Below, one piece after another: positions 60,024 through 64,000 of a DNA stretch of 64,000 nucleotides. Every line of letters starts with the position of its first letter. The first letter of the stretch is position 1. A program made the position numbers and the translations under genes. The DNA is from Scyliorhinus canicula (taxonomy: Eukaryota), in contig NW_024055479.1 of assembly GCF_902713615.1 (NCBI RefSeq), positions 372,001 to 436,000 on the forward strand. The letters are read 5' to 3'. Below the pieces are notes generated by a model. It was not told where the DNA came from. It ran no database searches and saw only the letters and a list, made by a program, of their open reading frames with translations.

Positions 60024-60352
60024 TCCCAGGGCAGCAGCGTAGCATGGTGGTTAGCATAAATGCTTCACAGCTCCATTCCTAGGTTCGATTCCCGGCTTGG
60101 TCACTGTCGTGTGGAGTCTGCACGTCCTCCCCCTGTGTGCGTGGGTTCCCCTGGGTGCTTCCGGTTTCCTCCCACAGTCCAAAGATGTGCGGGTTAGGTG
60201 GATTGGCCATGCTAAATTGCCCGTAGTGTCCCTAATAAAAGTAAGGTTAAGAGGGGGGTTGTTGGGTTACGGGTATAGGGGGGATACGTGGGTTTGAGTA
60301 GGGTGATCATGGCTCGGCACAACATTGAGGGCCGAAGGGCCTGTTCTGCTCT
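60024..60352 (+). mobile_element. HE1/V-SINE-like SINE
   Basis: Near-identical to 5749-6050. Confidence 0.9.
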
Positions 60353-60657
60353 ATTTGTTACACGGTTAAGAACAGTGATAACTGAAGCAGGGATAAATGT
60401 AATACTACGAAACACAATGTGCAAGTAAAATATTAATAAATACATCATCTAACTACAGGTAAAAACTCAACTAAAGTAACTTATAGATGCCACAGAAGAA
60501 TGATCTAATGTATTAATAACTGGAATAATATCGAAAGATATAAACACTGAGAGAGTCTAATTGAGAGAGAACTGAGAAAGGACCTATTTTATTTTAAACA
60601 GAGATGCGGAGGAGTGCGGTAATAAATGAGATGTAACCCATTGCACGATTAATATTG

Positions 60658-62238
60658 TAAGAAATCTTACAACACCAGGTTAAAGTCCAACAGGTTTGTT
60701 TCAAACACTAGCTTTCGGAGAACTGCTCCTTCCTCAGGTGAATGAAGAGGAAGGTTCTAGAAACATATGTATAGACAAATTCAAAGATGCAAGATAATGC
60801 TTATAATGCGAGCATTTGCAGGTAATTAAGTCTTTACAGATCCGGAGATAGGGGTAGCCCCAGGATAAAGAGGTGTGAATTATCTCAAGCCCAGACAGTT
60901 GATAGGATTTTGCAAGCCCAGGCCAGATGGTGGGGGATGAATGTAATGCGACATGAATCCCAGGTCCCGATTGAGGCCGTACCCATGTGTGTGGAACTAA
61001 GCTATAAGTTGCAGCTCGGCGATTCTGCGTTATCGCGCGTCCTGAAGGTCTCCTTGAAGAACGCTTACCCGGAGATCAGAGGCTGATGCCCTTGACTGCT
61101 AAAGTGTTCCCCGACTGGTAGGGACCATTCCTGCCTGGTGATTGTTGTGCACTGTCCGTTCATTCATTGTTGCAGCGTCTGCATGGTCTCGCCAATGTAC
61201 CACGCTTCAGGACATCCTTTCCTGCAGGGTATGAGGTAGACAACATTGGCCTAGTCGCACGAGTATGTACCGCATACATGGTGGATGGTGTTCTCTCGTG
61301 TAGTGGTGGTATCGATGTCGATCATCTGGCACGTCTTGCAGAGATTGCCCTGGCAGGGTTGTGTGGTGTCATGGTCGCTGTTCTCCTGAAGGGCTGGGTA
61401 GTTTGCTGCAAACAATGGTCTGTTTGAGGTTGCGCAGTTGTTTGAGGGCCAGTAGTGGGGATGTGGGGATGACCTTGGCAAGATGTTCATCTTCATCGAT
61501 GACGTGTTGAAGGCTGTGAAGAAGATGTCGTAGTTCTCCACTCTGGGAAAGTACTGGACGACGAAGGGTACTCTGTCGTTGAGTCCCATAGTTGTCTTCT
61601 GAGGAGGTCGGTGCATTTTTTTGCTGTGGCGTGTTGGAACTATCGATTGATTAGTCGAGCGCCATACCCATTTGGACGAGGGCATCTTTCAGCGTCTGTA
61701 GATGTCTGTTACGCTCCTCCTTGTCTGAGCAGATCCTGTGTATATGGAGGGCTTGTCCATCGGGGATGGCTTCTTTAATGTGTTTAGGTGGAAGTGGAGA
61801 AGTGGAGCATTGTGAGGTGACCCGCAACAAGGCAGAATCACCGAGCAGAAACCTATAGCCAAGTTCCGCACACATGAGTGCGGCCTCAACCGAGGCCTGG
61901 GATTCATGTCGCATTACATTCATCCCCACCATTTGGCTTGGCTTGCAAAATCCTACCAAGTGTCCTGGCTAAAGACAATTCACCCCTCTTTAACCTGGGT
62001 GTTACCCCTAACTCTGGACCTGTAAAGACTTAATTACCTGCAAATGCTCGCATTCTAAGCATTGTTTGCATCTTTTGAAGTTGCCGATATATATCTTTCT
62101 GGAACATACCTCTTCATTCACCTGAGGAAGGAGCAGTGCTCCGAACGCTAGTGTATGAAGCAAACCTGTTGGACTTTAACCTCGTGTTGTAAGACTTCTT
62201 ACTGTGCTCACCCCTGTCCAACGCCGGCAGCTCCACAT
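60658..62238 (-). mobile_element. Penelope-like retroelement, 5'-truncated, with an inverted terminal repeat
   Basis: RT thumb (KHIKEAIPDGQALHIHRICSD) and GIY-YIG (CKTCQMI...YLI(P)CRKGCPEAWYIGET) on the minus strand. Inverted copy at about 61810-62238. TSD cacgattaatattg at 60644-60657 and 62239-62252. Confidence 0.92.
60706..60740 (-). ncRNA. Minimal hammerhead ribozyme motif
   Basis: CAC-CTGAGGA-A-GGAG(cagtt)CTCC-GAAA-GC-TA^GTG. Confidence 0.65.
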
Positions 62239-62395
62239 CACGATTAATATTGGTATTGTCCCGCACATTAATAACTAAAACAGAGAGAAGCGCATCATTA
62301 CAGGTACATAAACTGACATTAAATAACAGAGCCAGCGGTGTCCCGGAATGACTAAAACAGGGCCTCGATTAATACAAGTGGAGACAGTGCAGTGC

Positions 62396-62610
62396 AGTGG
62401 AAACCGAGAATTTCCTCCCACAGTCCAAAGATGCGCAGGTTAGGTGGATTGGCCATTCTAAAAAGATTTCCCCTGAGTGTGCAAAGGTTAGGTGGGGTTA
62501 TGGAGAAGGTGGAGGAGTGGTCCTCAGTGGGGTGCCGTTTTGGAGGGCGGGTGCAGGACTCGATGGGCCGACTGGCCTCCTTCTGCACTGTCGGGATTCT
62601 ATGATACTTT
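62396..62610 (+). mobile_element. HE1/V-SINE-like SINE, 5'-truncated
   Basis: tttcctcccacagtccaaagatg...gggattctatgat. Confidence 0.8.
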
Positions 62611-62769
62611 GAAAAGACCGGGATTCACAATAACTGGTGCAGGTTTCTAATGCAGGGTTACTGTTACAGTGTAAATATTCATAATAACGGAGACAGGGTG
62701 TGCAGCAATGATTAATGGAGGGAGTCCAGATCAGGGACACAGTCTAAGGATATAGATGTGGAGAAATGT

Positions 62770-63030
62770 ATTGACCTTAGAGCGGTGAATCTGTGGAATT
62801 CTCTACCACACAAAACAGTTGAGGCCACAACTTTTATGTTTACTGGAAGGAATTATATATGGTTCTGGTGGCTATAGGGATCATAGGATATGGGAGGGAA
62901 AGCGAGAAGAGTCTACAGAGTCTGGATGATCAGCCACGATCACAATGAATGGAAGAGCAAGTTCAAGGGGCCGAACGGCCTACTCCTTCACCTATTGTTT
63001 ATGCTTCTATACTTCTATGTGTCTATGTAA
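62770..63030 (+). mobile_element. CR1 3' end fragment
   Basis: gagcggtgaatctgtggaattctctacc...ggcctactcct...tatgtctatg. Confidence 0.75.
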
Positions 63031-63589
63031 TGCAACAAAGCCTAAGTTAGACATAAACTGAAACAGGGTCTAGTACAGTAGTTCCTGATACAGGGTCTAG
63101 ATTAATATAAACTGAGACAAGGCCGAGTGCAGTGATTTCTAATGGGGGGGGGGGGTCTTCAGTAATGTAAATTTAGACAGGATTCTAGAGCACTAATTGC
63201 TGATAGAGCGTCGATATTAATATAAAGTGAGACAGATTCTAGTACCGTAATTATTGAGGGAGGATCTAGATTAACGAAAACTGAGATAAAGTCTAATGCA
63301 GTGATTACTGATTCAGGGTATACATTCGTTCAAAACGTGACAGGGTCGATTGCAGGGTCGGCCCAAGACTTCACCGTTACACGGTTGAGATTATATACAT
63401 TAAGACACAGTCCGTTTTTTCTGAGTGTTTGTGCGTGTGGTGTGGACATTTTCACACCAAACCCCTGCACAGATAATTCCTGTTTCATACCGATTAATGG
63501 GACGGAGTATCAGGAATTAACTCTCCACATACCCTGCGTTTTTCCTGCTCTGCAAGTATCTGATGGTACGGCAAATTTACTCTGTTCCT

Positions 63590-63960
63590 CACATGTGTTT
63601 TACCTGTCCTTCACATGTTAGTTGGGCGGATGTTGTGGAGGGGGCTTTGCTCTGTACTGTACCTGTCCTTCGAGTATTTGAGGGAGAAATTGTTAAGGGA
63701 AGTTTACTCAGTAACTACATATTTACTGTTGGGGCCCTGGGAGTGTATAATGGGACAGGTTTCAGGAAGCTTTCGTCTTTATCTGATCCTGTGATGCATT
63801 TGACCTGAGAGTGTTTGCTGGTTCAGTGTGCAGGAAGCTTTGCTCTGTATACAACCCCGTACTGTACCTGGCCTGCGAGAATTAGACGGAATAGTTTAGA
63901 CAAGCAGAGCGTTACTGAAGCTGTCCTTGGAATTCTGATGGGACACGAGGAATGGAAAGG
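63590..63960. repeat. Degenerate satellite-like repeat
   Basis: Recurrent ttgctctgta...ctgtacctg(t/g)cct...gag(t/a)(a/g)tttga segments. Confidence 0.55.
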
Positions 63961-64000
63961 TCTGGGACAAATATCTTAATGTCTGTGTCATATATGAAAA

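Noticed and set aside
1-64000. D, J or C segments, IgH-like V (TAILV) or NAR-TCR V domains
   Set aside because: No 12-RSS pairs, FGxG J motifs with donors, C1 exons, or WVRQ/YYCAR-type Vs were found by eye.

Overview
This is eukaryotic, vertebrate DNA. The repeat families (HE1/V-SINE-like SINEs, CR1 with esterase ORF1, Penelope) point to a cartilaginous fish, probably a shark (inference). The window is part of the V-segment array of a T-cell receptor alpha/delta-type locus. About 20 V segments or remnants lie in both orientations, most followed by a 23-bp-spacer RSS. Three look fully intact: 33719-34139 (-), 35797-36282 (+) and 47515-48020 (-). Four are near-intact; the rest are pseudogenes. 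No D, J or C segments were found. Interspersed are a duplicated tRNA cluster (an intron-bearing Pro-CGG gene plus degenerate Arg and Val genes), a near-complete CR1, an L1 fragment, Penelope-like elements carrying minimal hammerhead ribozyme folds, two SINE families and three minisatellites. The most notable observations are (1) a 14-copy CCAAT-box expansion in the promoter of an intact V, where the paralog has one copy; (2) a palindromic, hammerhead-bearing Penelope insertion that knocks out a V leader exon; (3) an intronless leader-V segment; and (4) CTCF motifs co-oriented with V segments. All calls come from reading the sequence by eye; no database searches were run.
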